Assembly (NCBI GenBank): GCA_934772445.1
Contig: CAKVMJ010000003.1
Span: 1,672-65,671 of the forward strand
Direction of reading: 5' to 3'
DNA length: 64,000 bases
Source: an uncultured Clostridia bacterium
GTDB lineage: Bacteria; Bacillota; Clostridia; Christensenellales; UBA1242
Shown here piece by piece: positions 9,962 through 18,557 of the stretch (within the stretch, counting starts at the first letter, position 1; every line of letters begins with the position of its first letter). The notes below the pieces were generated by a model. The model saw nothing but the letters and a program-made list of their open reading frames with translations, did not search any database and was not told the origin of the DNA. A program made the translations under genes and the position numbers.

Positions 9962-10053
9962 TTTATAATTACAATTTAAAACCATTAAACTATAAAATTA
10001 ATTAAAATAATTTTGAAATTGCCATATTAAAAATTTTATGTTATTATATTAAT

Positions 10054-10486
10054 ATGAAAACAAAAGAAAAAGTTTTAAACATATTAATAGCAATATGTGG
10101 AATTATCGCTTTATGGATTGTTGTTAGTCATATTTCACATTTCGAATATCCAGATTATTTTTATAAAAGTTAGAACTTTAGATTCAAAAAAATTACCATA
10201 TTTTATTGGTATTTCTTCATTTTTATTAACCTACTATCTAATCGTTAAACTAACTGGCGAATTTGCATACAATATTAGGTGGTTTCCTTATATAATTTTT
10301 GATGCAAAATCCTTTGGACAAATGCTCGGAATTTCAAATTATCCACTATGCGTTATCTTACTAATTATATGTTGTATAATCTTATTTATCCTATATTTTA
10401 CTTTATATTTATTTCTATTAAAACAAAAAATTTCTATTCAAAATTCAGATACAACATCTTTAAAATCTAATAAAAAAGAAGCTTAA
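10054..10486 (+). pseudogene. Membrane protein, apparently split by a frameshift
   Basis: ATG 10054 opens a 39-codon ORF (MKTKEKVLNILIAICGIIALWIVVSHISHFEYPDYFYKS) that ends at 10173. The +1 frame (the track ORF with a GTG start at 10097) carries the remaining TM-rich body to 10486. The frames cross at a T5/A4 run near 10155-10168. Confidence 0.35.
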
Positions 10487-10541
10487 TTTAAAGCAATTTT
10501 CCTATTAATGGAAATGCCATAAATTAGGCTTCATTTTTTTA

Positions 10542-13500
10542 TTATTTTTTCTTTGATTTTATAGGAAGAAGAGAACGGCTCTTTTCTATTTCCTTAACAA
10601 TATTCGCTATAACTTTGGATTTATGCAAGAAATAATCTCTGCTCCAAATCCTCATTATATTCCAACCTCTAGATTTTAGATATGCTGGTCTGAACACATC
10701 TCTTTCCAAAACAGATGGAGAAGATTTATATGCAGAATAATCACATTCCAAACCAAGCAAGTATTTATCCGATGGTCTATCATAAATAGCTAAGCCAATT
10801 TTATAATTAGTATTACCTAAATTCGTTTCAACCTTAAATCCAAGACTTTCAAGTTCGTTTTTAATATCCTGTTCAACTGCACTCAAGCTTGTATTTAAAA
10901 TAGAGACTTCCGAATTTGTACTAATTTGGTCTAGGATAACTTTTGTTTCGAAACTATCGCCATTTGAAACAGCACGAACATATTTTAAATAGCTTTTAAA
11001 TATCTTTGGTCCAAGATTTTTAGTACCTTCAACATTCAATTGCTCGGGCTCAATACTAGTTACAACATATATCTTTTCCTTAGCACGAGTTATTGCCACA
11101 TTAAGTCTATTTTCGCCACCTTCAGTTGATAATGGTCCGAAATTTGCCATAACTTTACCAAATTCATTTTTAGCGTAACCAATGCTAAATATTATTATAT
11201 CTCTTTCATCACCTTGTACATTTTCAAGGTTCTTAACAAATAGAGAAATATCCTCGCCATTTTCCTTACGGTTTTGTTCCCTTAAAAGAGCTTCTTTAAA
11301 TTTAGGATTAATACTTGCCTCACGATCTATTGCATCTTCGATTGTTGATTCTTGCTCCGCATTAAATGTGATAATTCCAATAGATTCATTATGTTTTCTG
11401 TTTGCAAAAATCTTTTTTAAAACGCCAACCACCGCTTGAGCTTCAGCCACATTACATCTATTTATCCATTTACCTTCAACTTTAATTCTCTCAATAGGTT
11501 TTGATGATCCCCTATTTTTGCTAGTGTTTGGAGAAATTTGCAATTTTCCATCATAGAAGCAAAGGTTTGAGAAATTTATAAGTTCCTCATTTTTACTACG
11601 ATAATGATATGTAAGATTTGCACTATTATATCTTGTCATTGCAAGGTCTAACAAACTCTCAACTTCCAAAGCTGCTTGAGTTGAATAATCTAGTTTATCA
11701 TCTATATCGCCACCTAAATATCTTTTCATAAATGTTGCTGATGGTCTAAGCTGTTTTGAATCACCCGCCACCACAATATTCTTTCCACGATAAATTACTG
11801 GCAATGTGTTTTCAATAAATACTTGTGATGCTTCATCAAATAATATCAAATCGAATAAGTTTTTAACCAATGGAAGAATATTGCAAACGCCCTCTGGAGA
11901 TAACAACCAGCAAGGGAAAAGTTTATATAGATAATCCCCATAAACTTCCATAAATTTCCTAATAGCCCATTGATTCTGAGTTTTATTTATTTGATATAAA
12001 TAGTTCTTACTTTCTGGGTCTTTTTCAAAATGCTTTTGATAATCTTCTATAAATTGATTAACACATATCTTTTTCGAGGTGTTATTTAAGTCTGCTTCAA
12101 GAGAAAGTATTCTATTTTTAATATTATCATAATCCAAGATATTAGATAATTCTTTCTTATGTTTATCTTCCAATTGAGTTATTTCGTGATAAATCCTAAT
12201 ATTCTTAATTTTGCTTAATGTTTCTAAATACTTACTCTTAGTATCTGTTGTTCTATATGCAAATTTTAAAATAACTTTTTCATTATCTGTAAGTGTGTCA
12301 ATACTTGCATTTAAATCTCTAAATTCAACATAACTTTCCAACGCTTTCAATAAATATCTTGGATACATCATATTTCCATTCAAGATATTATCTATCATCA
12401 TACTATATCCATTTGGAGTTAGGATATCTTCCAAAAATTCATATTCAGTTGTATATTCTTCAATAGCTTCAATAGTTTTAGAAAACTCAGATTTAATATT
12501 TCTTTCTAGTTTATTTTTTATGTGTAATGTGAAAGGAAGAGCTGGTAAGAATAATAGGCTTAATTTAACTTTTTTATAAACTTCTGGATAGTTTGTTTTA
12601 CCAACAAAATTAACTAATGGTTTTAGATTATTGTCTTTAGATTTATTATCCACAAAATATGCCACCAATTGTCTTGAGTTTGGATTTTTAGACATATCAA
12701 AAGGTGCAGTACGGTCTGCTAAAATCTTATTTAATCTCGATTTTGTTTCATTAACTATATGAAATTCCAAATCACCGCGAATGTTATCTACAAAAGGATT
12801 AACTTTTTTAGCTTCAACATATTTATAATAAAGTTCGGCTTTATTTTTCTCTTTAATAAGCCTTAAACTCTCATTTAATTCGTTATAGTGTAACGCCATA
12901 AGTTTAGAGTTTTTAAGCATATTTTGGTAGATTACATATTCATAACTCTTCTTACCAATAATTGTGGCGTTAGCATACATCTCACCTAACGACAAACCAA
13001 AATCTGTTTGCTCAAATAAAACATTGCTTATTTTTTGCAAAGCTTCTTTTTCACGATTTAACTTTTCTTCAATTCTAATATAATCGGATTCAGACTTGCT
13101 TATATCCTTTTTCATTGTTTCTTCGTGTATAGTTCTAACTCTTTCATAGAAAGCACCTTTTTTCTTCTCGGCATCTGTTAGAAACATAACTTTAGAATTA
13201 AGCATTCCCAATCTATTATAAACAACATCTAAAGCCGCTCTTTTTTGAGATACCACAAGCACTCTTTTATGCTTGGATATGGCATCGGTTATAATATTTA
13301 CAATTGTTTGAGATTTACCAGTTCCCGGAGGTCCATAAATAACCATATTACCATTCTTATTTATGCTAGAAATAGCATTTTCTTGAGCATAATCCAAATT
13401 TGAAATAGTATATAAATTCTCATCAACTTTCTTCGCTGGTTTTGATGCTTTTGCATATAAAAGCTCATCAATTGCATCGTTTGTAAGTCTTTTTTTCTCA

Positions 13501-14357
13501 AGCAATGTGTAATCATTATAAATAGAATTTGCTAGAGGATATTTTCCTAAAACGCAACAATGTTTTAATTCAAGCCATTGACCCAATTCCACATTTTTAG
13601 TTTTTTCGTAATCAAACAAGCCTTTTCTTGAACTATATGAAATTTTAATACCAAATTTCTTTAAGTATTCCAAAAGTTCTGGTACGCCTTTAAACCTGCT
13701 AGACATTGAACCTTTAAATTCCATATCCAAATTTTCCAAATCTTTAAGTTTATATCTTTGAGCATACGCTAATATTAAAACCTTATTTAAAAGTATGTTC
13801 TCATTTGGTCTAAATTCAATATTAACAGTGGTTTCATTAACAACATCTATTGTAACTGGAAATAAAACTAAAGGTGCTTTAACTTCAACATCTTTTGACA
13901 AATAACCTTGCACAAAAGGATAACCAACATATAATTCATATCTGCCAGTTTCTTTTTCAAACTCTTCAATTTCCCTTTTTAAAGCCTTAATTGAGCTAAC
14001 TTGTGAAATAATTGCTCTTTTAACTTCTTCTCTTCTTTTTCTCTCAAGTTTTAAAGCCTCTGAAGATTTTTCAACTCCTTCCAAATTTTCTAAATCAGTT
14101 TTTTGGCGAGTATATTTCTGTTCTAATCCAAGATTTTTAGCAATCCTATCGTTATTATCCTTGCTTATAATTGTAAACGCATCTTTATTGCCTTTCCATA
14201 AAAAGTCTATAAGGTTAGAAATACCCTCATAGTCGCCATCAAATAGTTTTCCTATATCAAAACTATTTTTCTTGCTTATTTTTTTAGAAAAAAGACTTCT
14301 ATTTTTTCCGCTAATCTCAACTAATCTTTCTTTATAATATGTATAAATACTCTTCAA
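10542..14357 (-). CDS. Superfamily-1 (UPF1/DNA2-like) helicase with DUF4011-type N-terminus and C-terminal DUF559/restriction-endonuclease-like domain
   Basis: 1,271 aa. TTG start with AAGGAG 6 nt upstream. Walker A GPPGTGKSQT, LFDEASQV, VVAGDSKQLRPS and NVAITRAKEKIYVV. The C-terminus LLGLECDYSAYKSSPSVLERDVFRPAYLKSRGWNIMRIWSRDYF matches the Vsr/DUF559-like fold signature. Confidence 0.85.
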   Translation of the reverse strand: MKSIYTYYKERLVEISGKNRSLFSKKISKKNSFDIGKLFDGDYEGISNLIDFLWKGNKDAFTIISKDNNDRIAKNLGLEQKYTRQKTDLENLEGVEKSSEALKLERKRREEVKRAIISQVSSIKALKREIEEFEKETGRYELYVGYPFVQGYLSKDVEVKAPLVLFPVTIDVVNETTVNIEFRPNENILLNKVLILAYAQRYKLKDLENLDMEFKGSMSSRFKGVPELLEYLKKFGIKISYSSRKGLFDYEKTKNVELGQWLELKHCCVLGKYPLANSIYNDYTLLEKKRLTNDAIDELLYAKASKPAKKVDENLYTISNLDYAQENAISSINKNGNMVIYGPPGTGKSQTIVNIITDAISKHKRVLVVSQKRAALDVVYNRLGMLNSKVMFLTDAEKKKGAFYERVRTIHEETMKKDISKSESDYIRIEEKLNREKEALQKISNVLFEQTDFGLSLGEMYANATIIGKKSYEYVIYQNMLKNSKLMALHYNELNESLRLIKEKNKAELYYKYVEAKKVNPFVDNIRGDLEFHIVNETKSRLNKILADRTAPFDMSKNPNSRQLVAYFVDNKSKDNNLKPLVNFVGKTNYPEVYKKVKLSLLFLPALPFTLHIKNKLERNIKSEFSKTIEAIEEYTTEYEFLEDILTPNGYSMMIDNILNGNMMYPRYLLKALESYVEFRDLNASIDTLTDNEKVILKFAYRTTDTKSKYLETLSKIKNIRIYHEITQLEDKHKKELSNILDYDNIKNRILSLEADLNNTSKKICVNQFIEDYQKHFEKDPESKNYLYQINKTQNQWAIRKFMEVYGDYLYKLFPCWLLSPEGVCNILPLVKNLFDLILFDEASQVFIENTLPVIYRGKNIVVAGDSKQLRPSATFMKRYLGGDIDDKLDYSTQAALEVESLLDLAMTRYNSANLTYHYRSKNEELINFSNLCFYDGKLQISPNTSKNRGSSKPIERIKVEGKWINRCNVAEAQAVVGVLKKIFANRKHNESIGIITFNAEQESTIEDAIDREASINPKFKEALLREQNRKENGEDISLFVKNLENVQGDERDIIIFSIGYAKNEFGKVMANFGPLSTEGGENRLNVAITRAKEKIYVVTSIEPEQLNVEGTKNLGPKIFKSYLKYVRAVSNGDSFETKVILDQISTNSEVSILNTSLSAVEQDIKNELESLGFKVETNLGNTNYKIGLAIYDRPSDKYLLGLECDYSAYKSSPSVLERDVFRPAYLKSRGWNIMRIWSRDYFLHKSKVIANIVKEIEKSRSLLPIKSKKK

Positions 14358-14530
14358 AATTTTCTCCTTGCGAATTATAGATAAATTAAATACATTTAAT
14401 TTAAACTAAATTGTCTTGTAAAAATAATTATATCAAAAAGAAAAAAAATATCAATATTTTTTATTGAATTTAATGTAATATATTTTATATGTTATAAAAA
14501 TCAATCATTGATTTACTAAATTTTAAATAA

Positions 14531-14568
14531 CAAAGAAAGTGTAACCTAAAAGCAGCTTAAGTTACACC
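14531..14568 (-). terminator. Terminator downstream of the SIMPL gene
   Basis: GTGTAAC...GTTACAC stem followed by TTTCTTTG on the minus strand. Confidence 0.55.
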
Positions 14569-14592
14569 CTATTTCAAATCTTTATATTCTTA

Positions 14593-15246
14593 TTATTTAA
14601 TTTCCCAAACAAATGTGGCTGTGTCATTAATTCTTATATCTTCTGGGGTTATATCCATATTAGCCAAACTATCTTCTTGTTGCATCATAACACATCTAGT
14701 TTCTAAACGAGTTGGAGAATATATGTTAATATCCGACCAATTATAATCAATTGTTTGCAATTCGCCTAGTTTAGCATTAGATGCTTTACATAAAACTTCA
14801 GCCTTTTTAGTTGCATTCTCAACCGCAGATTTTAAAAGCTCATCTCCGATAGCAGATGGGTCTTTAACTGTAAAATCAATAGAGATTTCAGGTTTTGCAA
14901 CACAGTTAGATAAAGCGGATAAAATCTTTGCAAGGCGTTTTGTATCAAAATCAAACTCCAATCTTAAACTATGAGAACACATATATCCTTTGAATACATT
15001 TTTATAAACGCCTTCTTGGGTTCTAATATTTTCATATCTTGTACGAACATTAAAATTGGTTGTTTTAATTGAATTTTTTTCAAAGCCAACTGTTTCTAAA
15101 GAACGATTTAATTCTTCAATCTTTTCTGCTGAAGTTTCCATTATCTTTTCATATTCTTTATCTTCAGTGTCTAATTTCATTGAAATCACAATTAAATCTG
15201 GTTTAACAGAAACTTTTCCAACACCCTTAACTGTAATAGTTTTCAT
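14593..15246 (-). CDS. SIMPL (DUF541) domain protein
   Basis: 217 aa. N-terminus MKTITVKGVGKVSVKPDLIVISMKL is typical of the SIMPL/YggE family. GGAGG RBS. Confidence 0.75.
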   Translation of the reverse strand: MKTITVKGVGKVSVKPDLIVISMKLDTEDKEYEKIMETSAEKIEELNRSLETVGFEKNSIKTTNFNVRTRYENIRTQEGVYKNVFKGYMCSHSLRLEFDFDTKRLAKILSALSNCVAKPEISIDFTVKDPSAIGDELLKSAVENATKKAEVLCKASNAKLGELQTIDYNWSDINIYSPTRLETRCVMMQQEDSLANMDITPEDIRINDTATFVWEIK

Positions 15247-15321
15247 TTGACTTACCTCCGATCAATAAATTATAAAAAATAATAACACAAAAAATATAAT
15301 TTGCAAATAAAACATAAATAT

Positions 15322-15348
15322 AAAAATTAAAAACCTTTCAAAGGTTTA
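15322..15348 (-). terminator. Terminator downstream of the GHMP kinase gene
   Basis: AAACCTT/AAGGTTT stem followed by TTAATTTTT on the minus strand. Confidence 0.6.
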
Positions 15349-15398
15349 CAACTTTTAAAAGGTTTTTAATATCAATAATTTTAAATCTTTATAATATA

Positions 15399-16457
15399 TT
15401 AATCAACTACCCAACTTTCAACGCCATTTTTTGTAAATTTAACTGGATAGATTTTGCCCGGAAGTTTTTCCATTGCGTTTATAACTTTTTGCCTATTCAT
15501 AGGATCACAATAAATCATTAAGAATCCTCCACCACCAGCACCAGATACTTTAACAGAATCTGCACCATTTTCAATTGCGTAATTTATTGTTTCTTCTAAT
15601 GATTTATTTGAAATAATGCTTGAAGTTTTCTTCTTTGCTTCCCAAGCCACTTTTAAGCAATTTGAAAAGCCTTCAAAGTTTCCAATCAACACGCAATCTT
15701 TCATAAGAAAAGCGTATTCTTTTAAAGATTTCATTGCATCAATTGTGGAAGATTTCTTTTCTTCAGTTTTTTGAACTTGGTCATTAATAATATTTTTTGC
15801 TAATTCTTTTTGAACTTCAGCAGATTTTCTACTAGTACCGCTATAATAAAGCAACAATGAACATTCAAGTTCTTCCACTCTACTTTTATCTAATCTTAAT
15901 GAGTTTACAATTGTTGTGCCATCAGTTCTAAATTCAATTAAATTAAACCCACCAAACACTGCTGCATATTGGTCTTGCTTACCCCCTGCAAGTTTTAAAT
16001 CAATTCTTTCAATCTCATAAGCAAGTTTTGCTTTTTGGTAATCATTCAAACCAAGACCTAACCATTTATTATATGCTTCCAAAATCGCAACAACCATTGT
16101 GGAAGATGTGCCAAGTCCTGAGCCAATTGGCGCATCATTACTTGTACTCATAATAAATGATAATGGTTTGCCATTGTTAAAATCCTTAACTATTCTATTA
16201 TAAACACCTTTATGTAAAATCAAAGTGTTATCATCATCAATTTCAAGATATGGAACACTATCTGTTATCAATGTATTTTTATTATCATACGCATAAAATT
16301 CTATTTTATTATTATCTGTTGGAATAATTGTGCAATATGCATACATACCAATTGTGGCATTAAAAACAGCTCCACCAAATTTATCGCTATATGATGCAAG
16401 GTCTGTTCCCCCACCAGCTAATCCTAATCTTAGAGGCGCTCTACTTCTTATTTTCAT
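15399..16457 (-). CDS. GHMP-family sugar kinase (heptose-7-phosphate kinase / fucokinase-like)
   Basis: 352 aa. N-terminus RAPLRLGLAGGGTDL, GHMP motif PIGSGLGTSSTMVVA, C-terminal GAGGGGF. Confidence 0.8.
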   Translation of the reverse strand: MKIRSRAPLRLGLAGGGTDLASYSDKFGGAVFNATIGMYAYCTIIPTDNNKIEFYAYDNKNTLITDSVPYLEIDDDNTLILHKGVYNRIVKDFNNGKPLSFIMSTSNDAPIGSGLGTSSTMVVAILEAYNKWLGLGLNDYQKAKLAYEIERIDLKLAGGKQDQYAAVFGGFNLIEFRTDGTTIVNSLRLDKSRVEELECSLLLYYSGTSRKSAEVQKELAKNIINDQVQKTEEKKSSTIDAMKSLKEYAFLMKDCVLIGNFEGFSNCLKVAWEAKKKTSSIISNKSLEETINYAIENGADSVKVSGAGGGGFLMIYCDPMNRQKVINAMEKLPGKIYPVKFTKNGVESWVVD

Positions 16458-16654
16458 TTTAACTCCTAATTATTTAAGTTTGTAATATTATCTTACATTA
16501 AAACAAATAAAAAAGCAATTTTAAAATATGGTTTATAAAAATTTTAATAAAAAAATGATAAAATTTAAAGTAAGGCTTTCAAGATAAAAAAGTAAGTTCC
16601 TAAAACCTACTCAAACTTTAACAATTTTCTAAAATCAAAACTAACACAAATTTA

Positions 16655-16689
16655 AAAAAATAAAAAAAGCAATATTTCTATTGCTTTCA
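16655..16689 (-). terminator. Rho-independent terminator
   Basis: AAAGCAAT-loop-ATTGCTTT followed by a long T run on the minus strand. Confidence 0.8.
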
Positions 16690-16693
16690 ATCA

Positions 16694-17209
16694 CTACATT
16701 GTGTAGTCATCATCTTTTCTTCTTGATTCCTTATTCTTTTCATACAAATCAATTCCGATATAGCAAGCACCAGCGGAAGCTAAAACTGTTGATGAAACTA
16801 ATCCTGCTCCAACTAAACCAGCTGCAACCTTATCCTTAACATCAAGGTCTTGCATTTTTTCTTTTTCTTCTTTGCCAGCAAAAACATCAAACATAGCTTC
16901 TGCTAATTCATCTGAATGTAAGTCGTGAAGATGTTCATCAAATTCTTGGTAAGCCACTTCACCATCAATAAATGCTTTTGCAGTTTTTAAATCTTCATTT
17001 TCAACCACTTCTCTATATTCTTGGTTTCTTGCTCTGAAGTAGTCTAAAGTTGTTTGTTTTTCCTCTTTAATACCTTCTCTTGTATTTGCAACAAGACCAG
17101 TACCTAATCCAACAACTAATCCAGCACTTATTAAAGCAATAGCCTTTCCTTTGGCTTCCATTGCTCTTCTATTTTTTAGTTTCGCTTTATTAATTCTTTC
17201 GTTATTCAT
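16694..17209 (-). CDS. Two-TM hypothetical protein, paralogue A
   Basis: 171 aa. Basic N-terminus, TM, soluble region with LDYFR...EF(D/N)E...LHDLHSD, second TM, acidic tail. Paralogue of 17390..17890. Confidence 0.6.
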   Translation of the reverse strand: MNNERINKAKLKNRRAMEAKGKAIALISAGLVVGLGTGLVANTREGIKEEKQTTLDYFRARNQEYREVVENEDLKTAKAFIDGEVAYQEFDEHLHDLHSDELAEAMFDVFAGKEEKEKMQDLDVKDKVAAGLVGAGLVSSTVLASAGACYIGIDLYEKNKESRRKDDDYTM

Positions 17210-17293
17210 TATTCTTACCCTTACCTTTTAAAATGTGATTTGATTTTACCATATCTTTTTAATTATTTCAATACCCATAATTATATATTTTTT
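17197..17293. repeat. 97-nt direct repeat, copy 1 (promoter, 5'UTR and first 4 codons)
   Basis: Matches 17878..17974 at 96 of 97 positions. The single difference is A at 17238 versus C at 17919. Confidence 0.9.
17243..17271 (-). promoter_or_regulatory. Sigma-A-type promoter of paralogue A
   Basis: Minus strand reads TTGAAA, 17-nt spacer, TAAAAT with extended TGG. About 27-nt 5'UTR. Confidence 0.6.
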
Positions 17294-17324
17294 AAATTTG
17301 CATTAAAAATTATTGGAAAAAGCC

Positions 17325-17357
17325 AATAAAAAAGGAACTTCTTAAAAATAGTTCCTC
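17325..17357 (-). terminator. Rho-independent terminator
   Basis: AGGAACT...AGTTCCT stem followed by TTTTTTATT on the minus strand. Confidence 0.75.
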
Positions 17358-17389
17358 TTTTCTTTATAAGCTTTATTTTACTCCACTTC

Positions 17390-17890
17390 TTACATAAAAA
17401 ATTCATCATCTAAATCAATATCTTTTTTTAACTTGTAATCAGTTAGAGTATATGCGGCAGCGAGTGTCATTCCAGATGTTAGAAATAAACCAACGCCAGA
17501 ACCAACGCTAGAAAGTACTAATTCTTTATCAATTTCATCAATCTTAGCATTTTCTTCATCACTAGCATAAGTTTTCATCATTTCTTCTGTTGGTTTATCT
17601 GAATGTAGGTCGTGTAAAAGTCTATCATATTCATTAAAACTTATTTCACCATTAAGAAAAGCTTCTGCATTTTTGCTATCCTCATCTATAGTTGATTCTC
17701 TATAAACAGGATTGTTCTCTCTAAAATAATCTAAAACGCTTTGTTTTTCTTCGTGTAAATCATTTACATTTTTAAAAGCTAAGTAAGTGCCTGCAAAACT
17801 CACTGTTGTTGCAGCAACAAATGCCATTGCTTTCCCTGCTCTTTTTAAATTAGCCTTAATTTTTCTTTCATTTTTATTTTCGTTATTCAT
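17390..17890 (-). CDS. Two-TM hypothetical protein, paralogue B
   Basis: 166 aa with the same layout and LHDLHSD box as 16694..17209. Protein identity is roughly 35-40% by eye. Confidence 0.6.
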   Translation of the reverse strand: MNNENKNERKIKANLKRAGKAMAFVAATTVSFAGTYLAFKNVNDLHEEKQSVLDYFRENNPVYRESTIDEDSKNAEAFLNGEISFNEYDRLLHDLHSDKPTEEMMKTYASDEENAKIDEIDKELVLSSVGSGVGLFLTSGMTLAAAYTLTDYKLKKDIDLDDEFFM

Positions 17891-17974
17891 TATTCTTACC
17901 CTTACCTTTTAAAATGTGCTTTGATTTTACCATATCTTTTTAATTATTTCAATACCCATAATTATATATTTTTT
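17878..17974. repeat. 97-nt direct repeat, copy 2
   Basis: See 17197..17293. Confidence 0.9.
17924..17952 (-). promoter_or_regulatory. Sigma-A-type promoter of paralogue B
   Basis: Identical TTGAAA-17-TGGTAAAAT element inside repeat copy 2. Confidence 0.6.
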
Positions 17975-18033
17975 GTTTTTATATCGAATTTTGTATAGAT
18001 TAAAAAAAACTTTTAAAACTTTATAAAAAACAC

Positions 18034-18087
18034 TTGACAGTTGAATAGTCTTTCAATTATAATACAAACAGTTGAATGTTTATTCAA
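18034..18087 (+). promoter_or_regulatory. Promoter with two ArsR/SmtB-type operator dyads
   Basis: TTGACA (18034-18039), 18-nt spacer, TATAAT (18058-18063). Dyad TTGAATAGTCTTTCAA (18041-18056) fills the spacer. A second dyad, TTGAATGTTTATTCAA (18072-18087), lies just downstream. Confidence 0.65.
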
Positions 18088-18179
18088 TCGTTTTCGTAAT
18101 ATAAATAATTTAAAAATTCAAATTGATATTATTAAAATATTGTAATGCGAATTAGGGAGAACAATAAAAAGGAGAGAAT

Positions 18180-18557
18180 ATGAGAAAAATAGAAGTGTAT
18201 TGCGATTGCGATGTTATTCATAAGGAGAAGGTGGCTAAAGCTAAAAAGAATATGCTTGATGATGATAAATTACTTTTGATTAGCGATTTTTACAAGGCAT
18301 TATCTGATAGTACAAGAATTAAAATTATAAACTTGCTTGAGAAAAACGAACTTTGTGTTTGTGATATTTCATCTATCTTGAATATGACTAAATCTGCAGT
18401 TTCGCATCAATTAAGAAACCTAAGAGAACTAAACTTAGTAAAAGCTAAAAGAGTTGGAAAAGAAGTTTGGTACACCCTTTCTGATTCACATGTAAGCGAG
18501 GTTTTCGAGATAAGCTTAGAGCATATATTGGAGAATGAAGATGAAAAAGATTTTTAA
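18180..18557 (+). CDS. ArsR/SmtB-family metal-responsive repressor (CadC-like)
   Basis: 125 aa. ELCVCDISSILNMTKSAVSHQLRNLRELNLV winged-HTH with the C-V-C metal site, plus N-terminal Cys pairs. Confidence 0.85.
   Translation: MRKIEVYCDCDVIHKEKVAKAKKNMLDDDKLLLISDFYKALSDSTRIKIINLLEKNELCVCDISSILNMTKSAVSHQLRNLRELNLVKAKRVGKEVWYTLSDSHVSEVFEISLEHILENEDEKDF

Noticed and set aside
8227-14400. Integrated mobile element using tRNA-Arg as its attachment site
   Set aside because: There is no integrase, recombinase or transposase. I found no direct repeat of the tRNA 3' end near 10.5 kb or 14.4 kb. The composition matches the surroundings. It is kept only as an accessory-looking stretch.
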